Positions 45,461 through 54,987 of a stretch of DNA of 64,000 nt are shown here, piece after piece. The position numbers and the translations under genes are program-made. Numbering within the stretch: position 1 is the stretch's first letter; each line of letters begins with the position of its first letter. The notes under the pieces are model-generated. The model made no database searches, was not told the DNA's origin, and worked only from the letters and a program-made list of their open reading frames with translations. The DNA is from Candidatus Campbellbacteria bacterium (lineage in GTDB: Bacteria > Patescibacteriota > Minisyncoccia > Phycocordibacterales > EsbW-18). The stretch spans positions 2,628 to 66,627 of the forward strand of contig BTUR01000004.1 of assembly GCA_045863475.1 (NCBI GenBank), written 5' to 3'.

Positions 45461-48172
45461 ATGCCTCCATTCGGCAAATTCACCACAAAAGCAAAAGAAG
45501 CCATCAAACGGGCTCATGAGCTTGCCATTGAGCGTGGCCAGAGCAGCGTGAACGTCATGCACCTGCTCTCGGCACTTATCCTGCAGGAAGAGAGTATGGT
45601 CGCGTCCATCCTCGACCGGCTTGAAATCGACACCGTAGCGCTCACGGACGAACTCCTGGATGCACTGGAACCTGCCGACAGCGGCACGGTGTCGCCGTCG
45701 TACCAGATGTTTCTCTCACCTGAGCTTGCAAAGACCTTGGAACAATCCATGCAGATTGCGGTATCACTCGGTGACCAATTTGTTTCAACCGAACACCTTT
45801 TCATTGCGGCGCTTGATACGCAAGGTGAACACCAGGATATCCTCGGTGATTTTAAGATTGAGCGAGACACTGTGTTTCGCGTACTGAAAGAGTTGCGTGA
45901 GCGCAGTGAGACGGATGAAACCAATGTGCAGAAAAAACCTCGCGCTATCGCACGCTACGCACGTTCACTGACGCAGATGGCTCGCGAAAACAAACTCGAT
46001 CCGGTTATCGGTCGCGACCGTGAAATCAACCGCATCATCCAAATTCTTTCCCGTCGCACGAAGAACAACCCGATGCTCATCGGTGATGCTGGTGTCGGCA
46101 AGACCGCGGTTGTTGAGGGTTTGGCTCAGCGCATCGCGGGAGGTGATGTACCGGAGTCACTCAAAGACAAAGATCTCGTTTCACTGGACCTCGGCTCGCT
46201 CATTGCCGGTACAAAGTACCGCGGTGAATTCGAAGAGCGCTTGAAAGCAATCGTCAAAGAGGTGGAGAAATCCAACGGCAACATCATCATGTTTATTGAT
46301 GAGATTCACACCATCGTCGGTGCCGGTGCCGCAGACGGTTCACTCGATGCGTCCAACATGCTCAAACCCGCACTCGCACGCGGCGAGCTTCGCGCCATCG
46401 GCGCAACGACCCTGAAGGAATACCAGCGCCACATCGAAAAAGATCCGGCACTGACACGTCGTTTCCAGCCGGTACACATCAACGAACCGTCCGTGGACGA
46501 CGCGATCGCCATCATGCGGGGACTTAAAGAGCGTTATGAGTTGTACCACGGTGTCAAAGTTACCGACGATGCCATCATCGCGGCAGTACAGCTTTCAAGC
46601 CGATACATCACCGACCGATTCTTGCCCGACAAAGCGGTCGACCTTATTGATGAGGCATCGTCAGCACTTCGGATTTCACTTGAAAACAAGCCGCCGATTT
46701 TGGAGGAGACACATCGTAAGATTTTGATGCTTGAAATTGAGAAAGAAGCGCTCAAAGGGGAAGCGGCGGGCAAGAGCGCGGCATCCGCGAAGGTGAAGGG
46801 ACGCATGAAGAAAATTGACACGGAAATTGCCGACCTGAAAGAAAAGGTGTCGGAGATTGATCTGAAGTGGAAGAACGAGAAAGAAACCATCGGGGAGATT
46901 AAAGAAATCAAAAAACAACTTGAGCAGGCGCGTCTTGATGCAGAAGCTGCGGAAGCGACAGCCGACCTTGCGCGTGCCGCGGAGATTCGCTACGGCAAGA
47001 TTCCGGCGCTTGAGAAGGACCTTGAGATGCGTAATACGCGTCTGAAGCGACTGCAGAAATCACGACGTATCCTGAAAGAGGAGGTCACGGAAGCGGACAT
47101 CGCGGAAATTGTGTCGCGATGGACCGGCGTGCCGATTTCCCGCATGCTTGAAAGCGAAGTGCAGAAACTCTCCCGTATGGAGGAAGGGCTCAAGGAGCGC
47201 GTTGTCGGACAGGAAGAGGCGGTACAGAAGGTGTCTGACGCGGTGAAGCGTTCACGTGCAGGCATCGCCGACCCAAATCGCCCTATCGGCTCATTTATAT
47301 TCCTCGGACCCACCGGTGTCGGAAAGACCGAACTTGCCAAAGCGCTCGCGGAATTTATGTTTGATGACGAGAAGGCGCTCATTCGCGTGGACATGTCTGA
47401 ATACATGGAGAAACACTCGGTGTCCAAGATTATCGGTGCACCTCCGGGATATGTCGGTCACGAAGAAGGTGGCGGACTTTCTGAGCGCGTTCGACATCGT
47501 CCGTACAGTGTCATTCTCTTCGATGAAATCGAGAAGGCACATCCGGAAGTGTTTAACATTCTTCTGCAGGTGCTTGATGATGGTCGTCTTACCGATGCCA
47601 AGGGCAGAACGGTAAACTTTAAGAACACTATCGTCATCATGACGTCCAATATCGGCGCGCAGTATCTCGACCGCATGCACGGCGTCGGCTTCGGCTCAAA
47701 TGACGAACAGGAGCAGTCAAACCAAAATATCCGCGAGAAAGTGATGGACGCACTCCGTGATCAGTTCCGTCCCGAATTCCTCAACCGACTCGACGAAATC
47801 GTGGTGTTTAACGTGCTCTCACGTGACGCGATTGCACAGATTGTCTCCATCCAGTTGGACATCGTACAGAAGCGTCTCTCTGAGAAAGAGATTACGCTTG
47901 TCGTATCAAAAGAGGCAATCGACTACCTTGCCCAGAAGGGATACAACCCGACGTACGGTGCACGCCCGCTCAAACGACTCATTCAAGACAAGATTCTCAC
48001 GAAGGTCGCACAACTCATGGTATCCCGTGGCATCCTTGAAGGTGGAGAGGTAACCATCGGTGTCGGCCAGAATGAAAAGGGAGAAGAGGACATTACCTTT
48101 TCGATGACGAAAAAAGGGAAGGCCCCGAGACAGCGCCGCACCCGCGGGAAAAAGGAGGAAGTGGCGGCGTAA
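45461..48172 (+). CDS. clpB: ClpB/ClpC-family AAA+ chaperone (Clp_N domain, two AAA+ modules, long coiled-coil middle domain)
   Basis: Clp_N repeat ([27 protein letters not shown]). Walker [16 protein letters not shown] and [16 protein letters not shown] long coiled-coil between the NBDs. Confidence 0.85.
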   Translation: MPPFGKFTTKAKEAIKRAHELAIERGQSSVNVMHLLSALILQEESMVASILDRLEIDTVALTDELLDALEPADSGTVSPSYQMFLSPELAKTLEQSMQIAVSLGDQFVSTEHLFIAALDTQGEHQDILGDFKIERDTVFRVLKELRERSETDETNVQKKPRAIARYARSLTQMARENKLDPVIGRDREINRIIQILSRRTKNNPMLIGDAGVGKTAVVEGLAQRIAGGDVPESLKDKDLVSLDLGSLIAGTKYRGEFEERLKAIVKEVEKSNGNIIMFIDEIHTIVGAGAADGSLDASNMLKPALARGELRAIGATTLKEYQRHIEKDPALTRRFQPVHINEPSVDDAIAIMRGLKERYELYHGVKVTDDAIIAAVQLSSRYITDRFLPDKAVDLIDEASSALRISLENKPPILEETHRKILMLEIEKEALKGEAAGKSAASAKVKGRMKKIDTEIADLKEKVSEIDLKWKNEKETIGEIKEIKKQLEQARLDAEAAEATADLARAAEIRYGKIPALEKDLEMRNTRLKRLQKSRRILKEEVTEADIAEIVSRWTGVPISRMLESEVQKLSRMEEGLKERVVGQEEAVQKVSDAVKRSRAGIADPNRPIGSFIFLGPTGVGKTELAKALAEFMFDDEKALIRVDMSEYMEKHSVSKIIGAPPGYVGHEEGGGLSERVRHRPYSVILFDEIEKAHPEVFNILLQVLDDGRLTDAKGRTVNFKNTIVIMTSNIGAQYLDRMHGVGFGSNDEQEQSNQNIREKVMDALRDQFRPEFLNRLDEIVVFNVLSRDAIAQIVSIQLDIVQKRLSEKEITLVVSKEAIDYLAQKGYNPTYGARPLKRLIQDKILTKVAQLMVSRGILEGGEVTIGVGQNEKGEEDITFSMTKKGKAPRQRRTRGKKEEVAA

Positions 48173-48193
48173 AACGAAACTATAATAAAAAAC

Positions 48194-48220
48194 AAAAAAC
48201 CGGCATGTCGCCGGTTTTTT
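48194..48220. terminator. bidirectional rho-independent terminator (aaaaaaccggc-atgt-cgccggtttttt) between clpB and tRNA-Tyr
   Basis: GC stem flanked by an A-run and a T-run. Confidence 0.7.
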
Positions 48221-48227
48221 GATCGGG

Positions 48228-48310
48228 TGCGCCGGGGAGGATTCGAACCTCCGTAGCCCGAAGGCGCTAGATTTACAGTCTAGTGCGATTGACCGCTCCG
48301 CCACCGACGC
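48228..48310 (-). tRNA. tRNA-Tyr (anticodon GUA), long variable arm, no CCA (CCC follows)
   Basis: Minus-sense gcgtcgg-tg-gcgg-agcggtcaat-cgc-a-ctaga-cTGTAaa-tctag-cgccttcgggctac-ggagg-ttcgaat-cctcc-ccggcgc-a. Confidence 0.8.
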
Positions 48311-48409
48311 ATCTAAAGACGCTCTATAAACTACATCAAAAAGCCCAAAAAAACAACGAAAAAGGCTTTTATTGCGCACTCTTTCCGGCTATGGTAGTAT
48401 CTCAGAGCT

Positions 48410-48577
48410 ATGTCACAGGACGCATTGGTAAAAATGAAATCAACGAAATCCGGGCACGTGTATTACACGCGCCGGAACAAGAAGAGCAAGGGCGTGCAGA
48501 ACAAGGAAAAGCTCGAGTTCAAGAAATTCGACCCCACACTTCGGGAGCGAGTGGTCTACAAGCAGGCCAAAAAATAA
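48410..48577 (+). CDS. rpmG: 50S ribosomal protein L33 (55 aa; below the ORF-track length cutoff)
   Basis: MSQDALVKMKSTKSGHVYYTRRNKKSKGVQNKEKLEFKKFDPTLRERVVYKQAKK, an L33-like pattern (short basic protein ...KKYDP..R.HV.YKE.K), followed by a strong terminator. Confidence 0.75.
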   Translation: MSQDALVKMKSTKSGHVYYTRRNKKSKGVQNKEKLEFKKFDPTLRERVVYKQAKK

Positions 48578-48584
48578 CGACATC

Positions 48585-48611
48585 AAACGACCCCTTCGGG
48601 GGTCGTTTTAC
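48585..48611. terminator. rho-independent terminator (acgacccc-ttcg-ggggtcgt-ttta) after rpmG
   Basis: Perfect 8-bp stem, UUCG loop, and T-run. Confidence 0.7.
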
Positions 48612-48646
48612 TAACCACCCGTTGTACTGGTACAATTCTCCAGAAC

Positions 48647-48717
48647 GGGCGATTAGTTAAATGGTATAACAGTGGTCTCCAAAACCACTATTGGGGGTTC
48701 GATTCCCTCATCGCCCG
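48647..48717 (+). tRNA. tRNA-Trp (anticodon CCA), no encoded 3' CCA
   Basis: gggcgat-ta-gtta-aatggta-taac-a-gtggt-cTCCAaa-accac-tattg-ggggg-ttcgatt-ccctc-atcgccc-g. Confidence 0.8.
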
Positions 48718-48893
48718 CAACGACCGGTGAAGACAGCCGGGGGCTGTCGGAGTCGGACGTCGGCGGATGCGAGAAGGGAATCGAACGGCGGAGTTCCGGT
48801 TTACCGGAACGAGCCGCGTCCAGCAGTACTTAGGAGCGAAGCGACTTAGTAACTGCGGGACGATTCCCTCAGGAATTCTGTTACACCAGAACC

Positions 48894-49349
48894 ATGAACA
48901 ACAAGCGCACAATCCTTGAAATAACCCTTGCGGTACTCGTTATTGTCGGCCTGGCGTGTTTGGTACGTTGGTATTTTCCGAAAGTTCCAAGCAAACTTCA
49001 GATACAGGGCGCGGCGATTACTCTTGAGGTCGCCGACTCTTCAGATGAACGACGCGTGGGCTTGAGCGGTCGCAGGAGCCTAGAGCGAGGAACCGGAATG
49101 TTATTTGTTTTCAGGAATCTCGGGTACCACTCGTTCTGGATGCCGAATATGTTTTTTCCGATAGATATAATTTGGATGGACCGTGATTTCACAATTGTTG
49201 ATGTAGAAACCAACGTTATACCCGACTCATACCCGACCTTGTACCGGCCATCAACGGAAGCATTGTACGTTCTTGAGTTGAACGCCGGTGAATCTGAAAC
49301 GTTCGGTATACGCACAGGCGCGACGTTTACTCCTGTGTACGGCAACTAA
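48894..49349 (+). CDS. DUF192 (COG1430) domain protein
   Basis: N-terminal TM helix. ...ERRVGLSGRRSLERGTGMLFVF...FWMPNMFFPIDIIWMD...YVLELNAG fits the DUF192 pattern. Confidence 0.7.
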   Translation: MNNKRTILEITLAVLVIVGLACLVRWYFPKVPSKLQIQGAAITLEVADSSDERRVGLSGRRSLERGTGMLFVFRNLGYHSFWMPNMFFPIDIIWMDRDFTIVDVETNVIPDSYPTLYRPSTEALYVLELNAGESETFGIRTGATFTPVYGN

Positions 49350-49360
49350 TAACAAGACGC

Positions 49361-49390
49361 ATAAAATCCGCCGGTGAGGGCGGATTTTAT
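49361..49390. terminator. bidirectional terminator (aaaatccgcc-ggtgag-ggcggatttt) between the DUF192 gene and rnpB
   Basis: Perfect 10-bp stem flanked by A-runs and T-runs. Confidence 0.65.
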
Positions 49391-49392
49391 GA

Positions 49393-49830
49393 TGTCGCTT
49401 GTACTGGTAAGCCGAATTCTGTATCCCGCCCTCTATGCTCCCTGAATAACGTTTTTAGTTACTCCGAAAGCTTAGAGGGCGGGACGACGATTATTTCTCT
49501 TGCCCGTACGTTACCGTACGGATCTTTGCGGCACTCCGCACTTCCAAAAGAAAGCGCGGCACGGCCTTGCATGTAGGTAAGGATTTTGCCGTTTCACCCC
49601 TCGACTTCGCTCGGGGCAAGCCCCAAACTATTTCGAAGGTTATCCCGTTACCGGGACCCGAAGTTCTTTCGAACTGCGGCGTCACTGCTCGCACCTCTGC
49701 CGGAGCTCTCTGTGAAGAGAGCTCGGCGGTGGGCGTTACCCACTACCGTCCTCCTGTTTTGCAACAGGACATGTTCGGACTTTCCTCACTCTGTGAAAGA
49801 TCACAGGCGCAATCGCCTTATACAAGCGGT
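49393..49830 (-). ncRNA. rnpB: RNase P RNA (bacterial type-A-like)
   Basis: Minus-sense contains the P4 5' strand GAGGAAAGUCCGAACA, GGUAACGCCCACC, GGUGAAACGGCAAAAUCCUUACC and the 3' P4 strand ACAGAAUUCGGCUUACC. P1 pairs gcttgta (49822-49828) with tacaagc (49396-49402). The ORF track reports only spurious ORFs here. Confidence 0.8.
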
Positions 49831-50005
49831 CCGTAGTATACATCCGCAGTACCTGAACGCAAGTGCTCTTTTTGAAAAATACTGATACCATAAGGGTTAT
49901 TAGCGACGTAGAGCGAGAGAAATGGGAACAAAGAGTCCCATTTCCAAGCCGAGGAGCTAATATAGTCCTTCACTGCCTTGAGGGACTATATTCGGGACGT
50001 ATCGT

Positions 50006-51685
50006 ATGATGCAGAGAATCTTTTCCTTTTTTTCCAGGACCGTTAACGGCCTCCACGAGGCGGCCTATATCATTGCTTTTTTTGCGTTTCTTTCGCAGCT
50101 TTTGGGGCTGGTACGTGACCGCATTCTTGCGCACATGTTCGGCGCCAGCGGGACATTGGACGTGTACTATGCGGCGTTCCGCATTCCGGACGTTATCTTC
50201 GCGTCCATCGCCTCATTTGTTTCATTGTTCGTTCTCATTCCGTTTTTGACGAAACGCATAGAGGAGAACGGGGGAGAAGCACGTCGGTTTCTCTCTGAAA
50301 TCACGACGGTCTTTACCGTCTTTATGATTGCTGTGAGCGGGGTTCTGTATTTCTTCGTGCCACAGCTTTCGCGTTTTCTGTACCCAGGTTTTTCAAGCGA
50401 GCAAGTCGAGATGCTCTCACAACTGACGAGGATACTGTTGCTGTCCCCGATATTTCTTGGTCTCTCCAATATCGTTGCATCCATAACGCAAATTAAAAAG
50501 AAGTTTTTCATCTACGCACTCTCTCCCATTCTCTACAACCTCGGTATCATCGCCGGCGTACTCGCGCTGTATCCTCTGTGGGGTATGCGGGGGCTGGCGT
50601 ACGGTGTTGTGCTCGGTTCGTTTTTACACCTCGCTATTCAGATACCGACGATTATACGTGAACGCCTCATGCCGAAATTGACGCTTGCTATCTCTTGGAG
50701 CGACATTTTCTCCGTTATTCACGTTTCCATTCCTCGCACCATGACACTCGCGTTCAATCAGATTGTGCTGCTCGCACTTCTCGGTATTGCCTCGAAACTA
50801 TCCGAGGGATCCATCGCTGTTTTTACATTCGCGATGAACATTAATCTCGCGCCGCTGACCATCATCGGCGTCTCGTATTCGGTTGCCGCGTTCCCGACGC
50901 TCTCGAAACTATTCTCCAACGGGGACCGCGAAGTGTTTGTGTCGCACTTACTCACCGCCATTCGCCACATCCTGTTTTGGTCGCTGCCGGCAATTGCGCT
51001 GTTTATAGTCCTGCGCGCCCACATCGTCCGCGTGCTCTTGGGTTCAGGCGCCTTTGACTGGACGGCAACTCGACTTACGGCGGCCACGATGGGAATTCTC
51101 ATGCTCTCGCTCGCTGCGCACGGTCTGATGTTGCTGTTTGTGCGCGGCTACTATGCTGCGGGCAAGACGGCCCGGCCGTTTTGGATCAATATTATGTCGT
51201 CAGTGGTGACGCTGTGCGCCGTGTATGCCGGTATCGCGCTGTTCCGCGGGAATGAAACCTTCAGGTTGTTCGTTGAGGCGCTGTTTCGTGTGGAAGACGT
51301 TCCGGGCACGGTCGTGCTCATGGTCTCCTTGGGGTATACCGTCGGTATGATTGCTAACGCCGCCGCGTTCTGGCTTTTGTTCCGACGCGACTTCGGCGGC
51401 CACGTACCAAGAGGTATCTATACGTCTGCCTGGCAGGGTTTTGCGGCATCCGTTCTTGCAGGAGCGGCCGCATATGCTGTCCTGGCGGTGACTCAAGGAT
51501 TTGTCGACCTCGACTCGTTCTGGGGCGTCTTTTCGCACGGGTTTGTCGCGGGAATCGCGGGCATCGTCACAGGTATCGGTGTTTTGTTACTGCTGAAGAA
51601 CACCGAAATGAAGGAAATTTGGTCCGCTACCCACGCACGATTCTGGGCCTCAAAGCCGATTGCGCCGTCACCTGAGGAAATCTAG
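50006..51685 (+). CDS. murJ: lipid II flippase MurJ (MviN family)
   Basis: About 14 predicted TM helices and the typical MurJ N-terminus (...AAYIIAFFAFLSQLLGLVRDRILAHMFGAS...YYAAFRIPD). Confidence 0.85.
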   Translation: MMQRIFSFFSRTVNGLHEAAYIIAFFAFLSQLLGLVRDRILAHMFGASGTLDVYYAAFRIPDVIFASIASFVSLFVLIPFLTKRIEENGGEARRFLSEITTVFTVFMIAVSGVLYFFVPQLSRFLYPGFSSEQVEMLSQLTRILLLSPIFLGLSNIVASITQIKKKFFIYALSPILYNLGIIAGVLALYPLWGMRGLAYGVVLGSFLHLAIQIPTIIRERLMPKLTLAISWSDIFSVIHVSIPRTMTLAFNQIVLLALLGIASKLSEGSIAVFTFAMNINLAPLTIIGVSYSVAAFPTLSKLFSNGDREVFVSHLLTAIRHILFWSLPAIALFIVLRAHIVRVLLGSGAFDWTATRLTAATMGILMLSLAAHGLMLLFVRGYYAAGKTARPFWINIMSSVVTLCAVYAGIALFRGNETFRLFVEALFRVEDVPGTVVLMVSLGYTVGMIANAAAFWLLFRRDFGGHVPRGIYTSAWQGFAASVLAGAAAYAVLAVTQGFVDLDSFWGVFSHGFVAGIAGIVTGIGVLLLLKNTEMKEIWSATHARFWASKPIAPSPEEI

Positions 51686-51723
51686 GTATCCGCGGCTTTT
51701 CAATGTAGGATAGTGGCTCCCTT

Positions 51724-53511
51724 ATGAAACCCAAACTCATACGAAACTTCTCGATTATCGCGCACATCGACCACGGCAAGTCAACGCTGGCTGACCGCAT
51801 GCTGGAGGTGACACACACCATTGAAAACCGCCTTATGCGCGAGCAGGTGCTGGATTCCATGGATTTGGAGCGCGAACGTGGCATTACCATCAAAATGGCG
51901 CCGGTGCGCATGCAGTTTGGTCATGAGGGAGAAACGTTTACGCTCAACCTCATCGATACTCCCGGTCACATCGATTTCTCGTATGAGGTATCCCGTGCGC
52001 TCAAGGCCGTGGAAGGAGCAATCCTGCTTGTTGATGCAACGCAGGGTGTGCAGGCGCAGACGCTCACGACGCTTTCCATGGCGCACGAGCAAGGTCTCAC
52101 GATTATTCCTGTTGTTTCAAAGATTGACTCTCCGCTTGCTCGCGTTGACGACGTGAAGATGGAGATTGTGGATATTCTGGCGTGCGACCCGGATGAAATT
52201 TTGTCGGTGTCGGGTAAGACGGGCGAAGGCGTTGAAGCACTCCTCCGTGCGGTCATACAACGTATTCCGCCGCCGGAAATTGTTGCGGGTGACCACTTGC
52301 AAGCGCTTGTCTTTGACTACACCTACAGCAACCACCGCGGCATCATCGTGCATGCAAGAGTTTTTGGTGGGGAAGTCCGCGAGAAAGACCGGCTTCGATT
52401 CATCGCGGCACATGAAGAATTTATTACCGGAGAAGTCGGTGCCTTCGTGCCGAAAGAAAAACCGCTACCCGAACTTACTGCAGGGCAAATCGGCTACATC
52501 GTGACCGGCATCAAAAAACCGGGCATCGTCTCCGTTGGTGACACGCTGACGCAGGTAAAAAATCCGGGCGCCGCACTTCCCGGATATCAGCAGCCGAAAC
52601 CTGTGGTGTGGGCGAGTGTGTTTCCTGAGAGCCAAGATGACCTGCACATGTTGCGCCAAGCGCTTGAAAAACTCCGACTCTCCGACTCGTCACTGTCATA
52701 TGAAGAGGAATCGTCGGGAACACTCGGGCGCGGGTTCCGGTGCGGGTTCCTCGGGATGCTCCACCTTGAGATTGTCACTGAACGTCTCAAGCGTGAATCC
52801 AACATGGCGATTATCGTGACGACACCGTCGATTACGTACGAAGTTACCTACCACGACGGACGCACCGAGACCGTCTACTCTCCGTCACTGTTTCCCGAGC
52901 ATGGGCTTACAAAACTTATACGAGAACCGTGGGTAGACGTACACCTCATCACACCGAGCTCGTATCTCAACAATCTTATGCAGCTTTTGTTTGAGCACGA
53001 ATCGTCCATTTCAGATTCCAAAACACTTCGCGACGGACGTGTGTCACTCCATCTCTCTATGCCGTTGCGCGAGCTTATGCGCGGATTCTTTGACGCAGTG
53101 AAGAGTGCGACATCCGGTTACGGTTCGCTTTCATACGAAATAGGGGGAATGCGCGACGCGGACGTCGTGCGACTTGATCTGCTTGTTGCTGAGGAACCGG
53201 TGCCCGCATTCTCGCGTGTTATTTCAGAGCGTGTTATGGAAACTGAAGCTCGAAAGGCCGTTGAAAAACTGAAAGGACTTCTTCCACGCCAATTGTTTGT
53301 TACAAAGATTCAGGCACGCGCAAAGGGACGCATCGTCGCATCCGAGACACTCTCCGCGTTGCGTAAGGATGTTACCGGGTATCTCTACGGTGGAGACATC
53401 ACGAGAAAAATGAAACTGCTTGAAAAGCAAAAACGCGGCAAGAAAAAGATGCTTGCCAACGCAAAGGTGAATATCCCGCACGACGTCTTCTTGAAAATGG
53501 TGAAGAGTTAG
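51724..53511 (+). CDS. lepA: elongation factor 4 (LepA)
   Basis: IRNFSIIAHIDHGKSTLADRMLE, DTPGHIDF, the LepA-specific C-terminal domain, and a length of 595 aa. Confidence 0.92.
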   Translation: MKPKLIRNFSIIAHIDHGKSTLADRMLEVTHTIENRLMREQVLDSMDLERERGITIKMAPVRMQFGHEGETFTLNLIDTPGHIDFSYEVSRALKAVEGAILLVDATQGVQAQTLTTLSMAHEQGLTIIPVVSKIDSPLARVDDVKMEIVDILACDPDEILSVSGKTGEGVEALLRAVIQRIPPPEIVAGDHLQALVFDYTYSNHRGIIVHARVFGGEVREKDRLRFIAAHEEFITGEVGAFVPKEKPLPELTAGQIGYIVTGIKKPGIVSVGDTLTQVKNPGAALPGYQQPKPVVWASVFPESQDDLHMLRQALEKLRLSDSSLSYEEESSGTLGRGFRCGFLGMLHLEIVTERLKRESNMAIIVTTPSITYEVTYHDGRTETVYSPSLFPEHGLTKLIREPWVDVHLITPSSYLNNLMQLLFEHESSISDSKTLRDGRVSLHLSMPLRELMRGFFDAVKSATSGYGSLSYEIGGMRDADVVRLDLLVAEEPVPAFSRVISERVMETEARKAVEKLKGLLPRQLFVTKIQARAKGRIVASETLSALRKDVTGYLYGGDITRKMKLLEKQKRGKKKMLANAKVNIPHDVFLKMVKS

Positions 53512-53627
53512 AAGATTCCCAGGCGGAAAGCCGGAACGTAGAACGCCACCATCGAAACGATGACGAGCACGGCAACGATAATCCAAAGGACCTTGACGAC
53601 CTTCTGTGTTTTCTTGTTGAATAACAT
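53508..53627 (-). CDS. possible 39-aa hydrophobic peptide (MLFNKKTQKVVKVLWIIVAVLVIVSMVAFYVPAFRLGIF) overlapping the lepA stop
   Basis: Open frame with a single TM-like helix. No RBS recognised. Below the ORF-track cutoff. Confidence 0.2.
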   Translation of the reverse strand: MLFNKKTQKVVKVLWIIVAVLVIVSMVAFYVPAFRLGIF

Positions 53628-53719
53628 ATCGATTACTCAGAGTGTAGCACAAGGGAACGTGCTATATCCAGAGACGATTTCTGGCTGTACGGTCGCCTTA
53701 GATATACAATGAAGGCCGT

Positions 53720-54091
53720 ATGCTCGAATTCAGATTACGTCAAAAGAGGCGCCGGTTGCTGTCGTCCAATCTGACGATACTCGTACTGTGCATCGTTATC
53801 ATTATTCTCGGCAAGGAAGTGTGGGACGTGTATCAGCGGGAGCGTCTTGCGCGCGAGTCGCTTTCGCAGGCGCAGGTTCAGAAGGAGAGCTTGGATAAGC
53901 GAGAACAGTTCTTACGGTCGGAAATTGACCTTCTTGAAAATCAGGAGGGGGTTGAGAGCGAGCTTCGTGAACGGTACGGTATCGCCAAGCCGGGCGAAAA
54001 GGTTATTGTGCTTGTTGATGCGGAGGCAACAACAACGCTCCGCCAGGAAAACACGAGTTGGTGGAAAAAAATATTTTTCTGGCTACGCTGA
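53720..54091 (+). CDS. septum formation initiator (FtsB/DivIC-like) protein
   Basis: N-terminal TM helix followed by a coiled-coil (LARESLSQAQVQKESLDKREQFLRSEIDLLEN), the FtsB/DivIC architecture. Confidence 0.55.
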   Translation: MLEFRLRQKRRRLLSSNLTILVLCIVIIILGKEVWDVYQRERLARESLSQAQVQKESLDKREQFLRSEIDLLENQEGVESELRERYGIAKPGEKVIVLVDAEATTTLRQENTSWWKKIFFWLR

Positions 54092-54119
54092 CGACTTCTC
54101 TTGTATACTAAAACGTGCG

Positions 54120-54193
54120 CGGGATTAGTTTAGTGGCAGGACGCGACCTTCCCAAGGTTGAGGCGCGAGTTCGATTCTCGCATCCCGCACCAT
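54120..54193 (+). tRNA. tRNA-Gly (anticodon CCC), CCA encoded
   Basis: gcgggat-ta-gttt-agtggcagg-acg?-cgacc-tTCCCaa-ggttg-aggc-gcgag-ttcgatt-ctcgc-atcccgc-a-cca. Confidence 0.8.
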
Positions 54194-54194
54194 G

Positions 54195-54265
54195 CCCCTG
54201 TAGTTCAACGGATAGAACAACTCCGTCCTAAGGAGTGGATCTGGGTTCAATTCCTGGCGGGGGCA
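54195..54265 (+). tRNA. tRNA-Arg (anticodon CCU), no encoded CCA; begins 2 nt after tRNA-Gly
   Basis: gcccctg-ta-gttc-aacggata-gaac-a-actcc-gTCCTaa-ggagt-ggat-ctggg-ttcaatt-cctgg-cgggggc-a. Position 32 is G, which is unusual. Confidence 0.7.
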
Positions 54266-54336
54266 CAAAATCTACGTTAACTAATTGAATGGGGGTTCAA
54301 TTCGGGGTGGGGGCACTGGAGTGATATACTGTTTTC

Positions 54337-54579
54337 ATGAATCCTGACGAAAAGAAACTTCTCGAAGAGACGGCAACACTTGCGCGAGAGACCAGTGTGC
54401 TCGTCAAAAAAATACACCGCCACGTGATGGTGAATAGCGTAATGCGTTTCGTGTATTGGGTGATTATTATCGGTGCCTCACTTGGTGCGTTCTGGCTCAT
54501 TCAGCCGTACATCGATTCAGTACGCTCTCTTACGGGTGGCGGAGAGGGCCAGGAAAGCCTCATGGATCTCTTTTTTTAG
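54337..54579 (+). CDS. small membrane protein (80 aa)
   Basis: One TM helix (FVYWVIIIGASLGAFWLI). Confidence 0.4.
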   Translation: MNPDEKKLLEETATLARETSVLVKKIHRHVMVNSVMRFVYWVIIIGASLGAFWLIQPYIDSVRSLTGGGEGQESLMDLFF

Positions 54580-54628
54580 GCTGGAAAGAGGCCAAAAGAC
54601 GTGGTAGCATCTTCTCTGTTCCGTACAT

Positions 54629-54705
54629 GCCGAGGTAGCTCAGTTGGTTAGAGCATCTGCCTGAAGAGCAGAGGGTCGGCGGTTCGAGTCCGCCCCTCGG
54701 CACCA
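54629..54705 (+). tRNA. tRNA-Phe (anticodon GAA), CCA encoded
   Basis: gccgagg-ta-gctc-agttggtta-gagc-a-tctgc-cTGAAga-gcaga-gggtc-ggcgg-ttcgagt-ccgcc-cctcggc-a-cca. Confidence 0.85.
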
Positions 54706-54707
54706 AA

Positions 54708-54745
54708 TCAAAACAAGACAGCTTCGGCTGTCTTGTTTTGATTTC
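54708..54745. terminator. rho-independent terminator after tRNA-Phe (aaaacaagacagc-ttcg-gctgtcttgtttt)
   Basis: Perfect 13-bp stem with flanking A-runs and T-runs. Confidence 0.7.
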
Positions 54746-54987
54746 TGCGTTGTATCGCGGCGGACTCGAAGGCCGCAGGAACGAGGCGGGGTCGAGAACA
54801 CTTAGGATTTTGGAGCCCATAGGGCGAACAAAATACTTAGTGATTCGTGACCGAGTCCGCCCCTCGGCACATAACAAGAAAAAGACAGCATGTGCTGTTT
54901 TTTTCTTGTTACTGCATGGTTGTTTTTGGTTTCTGTCTTGGTATCGTCCCTAAGGGACGCGTGCGTCCCTTAGGGACGACCGGTGTG

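Noticed and set aside
47906-48379. 157-aa minus-strand ORF overlapping tRNA-Tyr, and the 48283-48660 ORF
   Set aside because: They overlap tRNA-Tyr and the rpmG gene (real frame 48410-48577, L33 motif). Spurious.
49491-49885. ORFs 49491-49694(-), 49567-49836(+) and 49586-49885(+)
   Set aside because: They fall inside the RNase P RNA gene.
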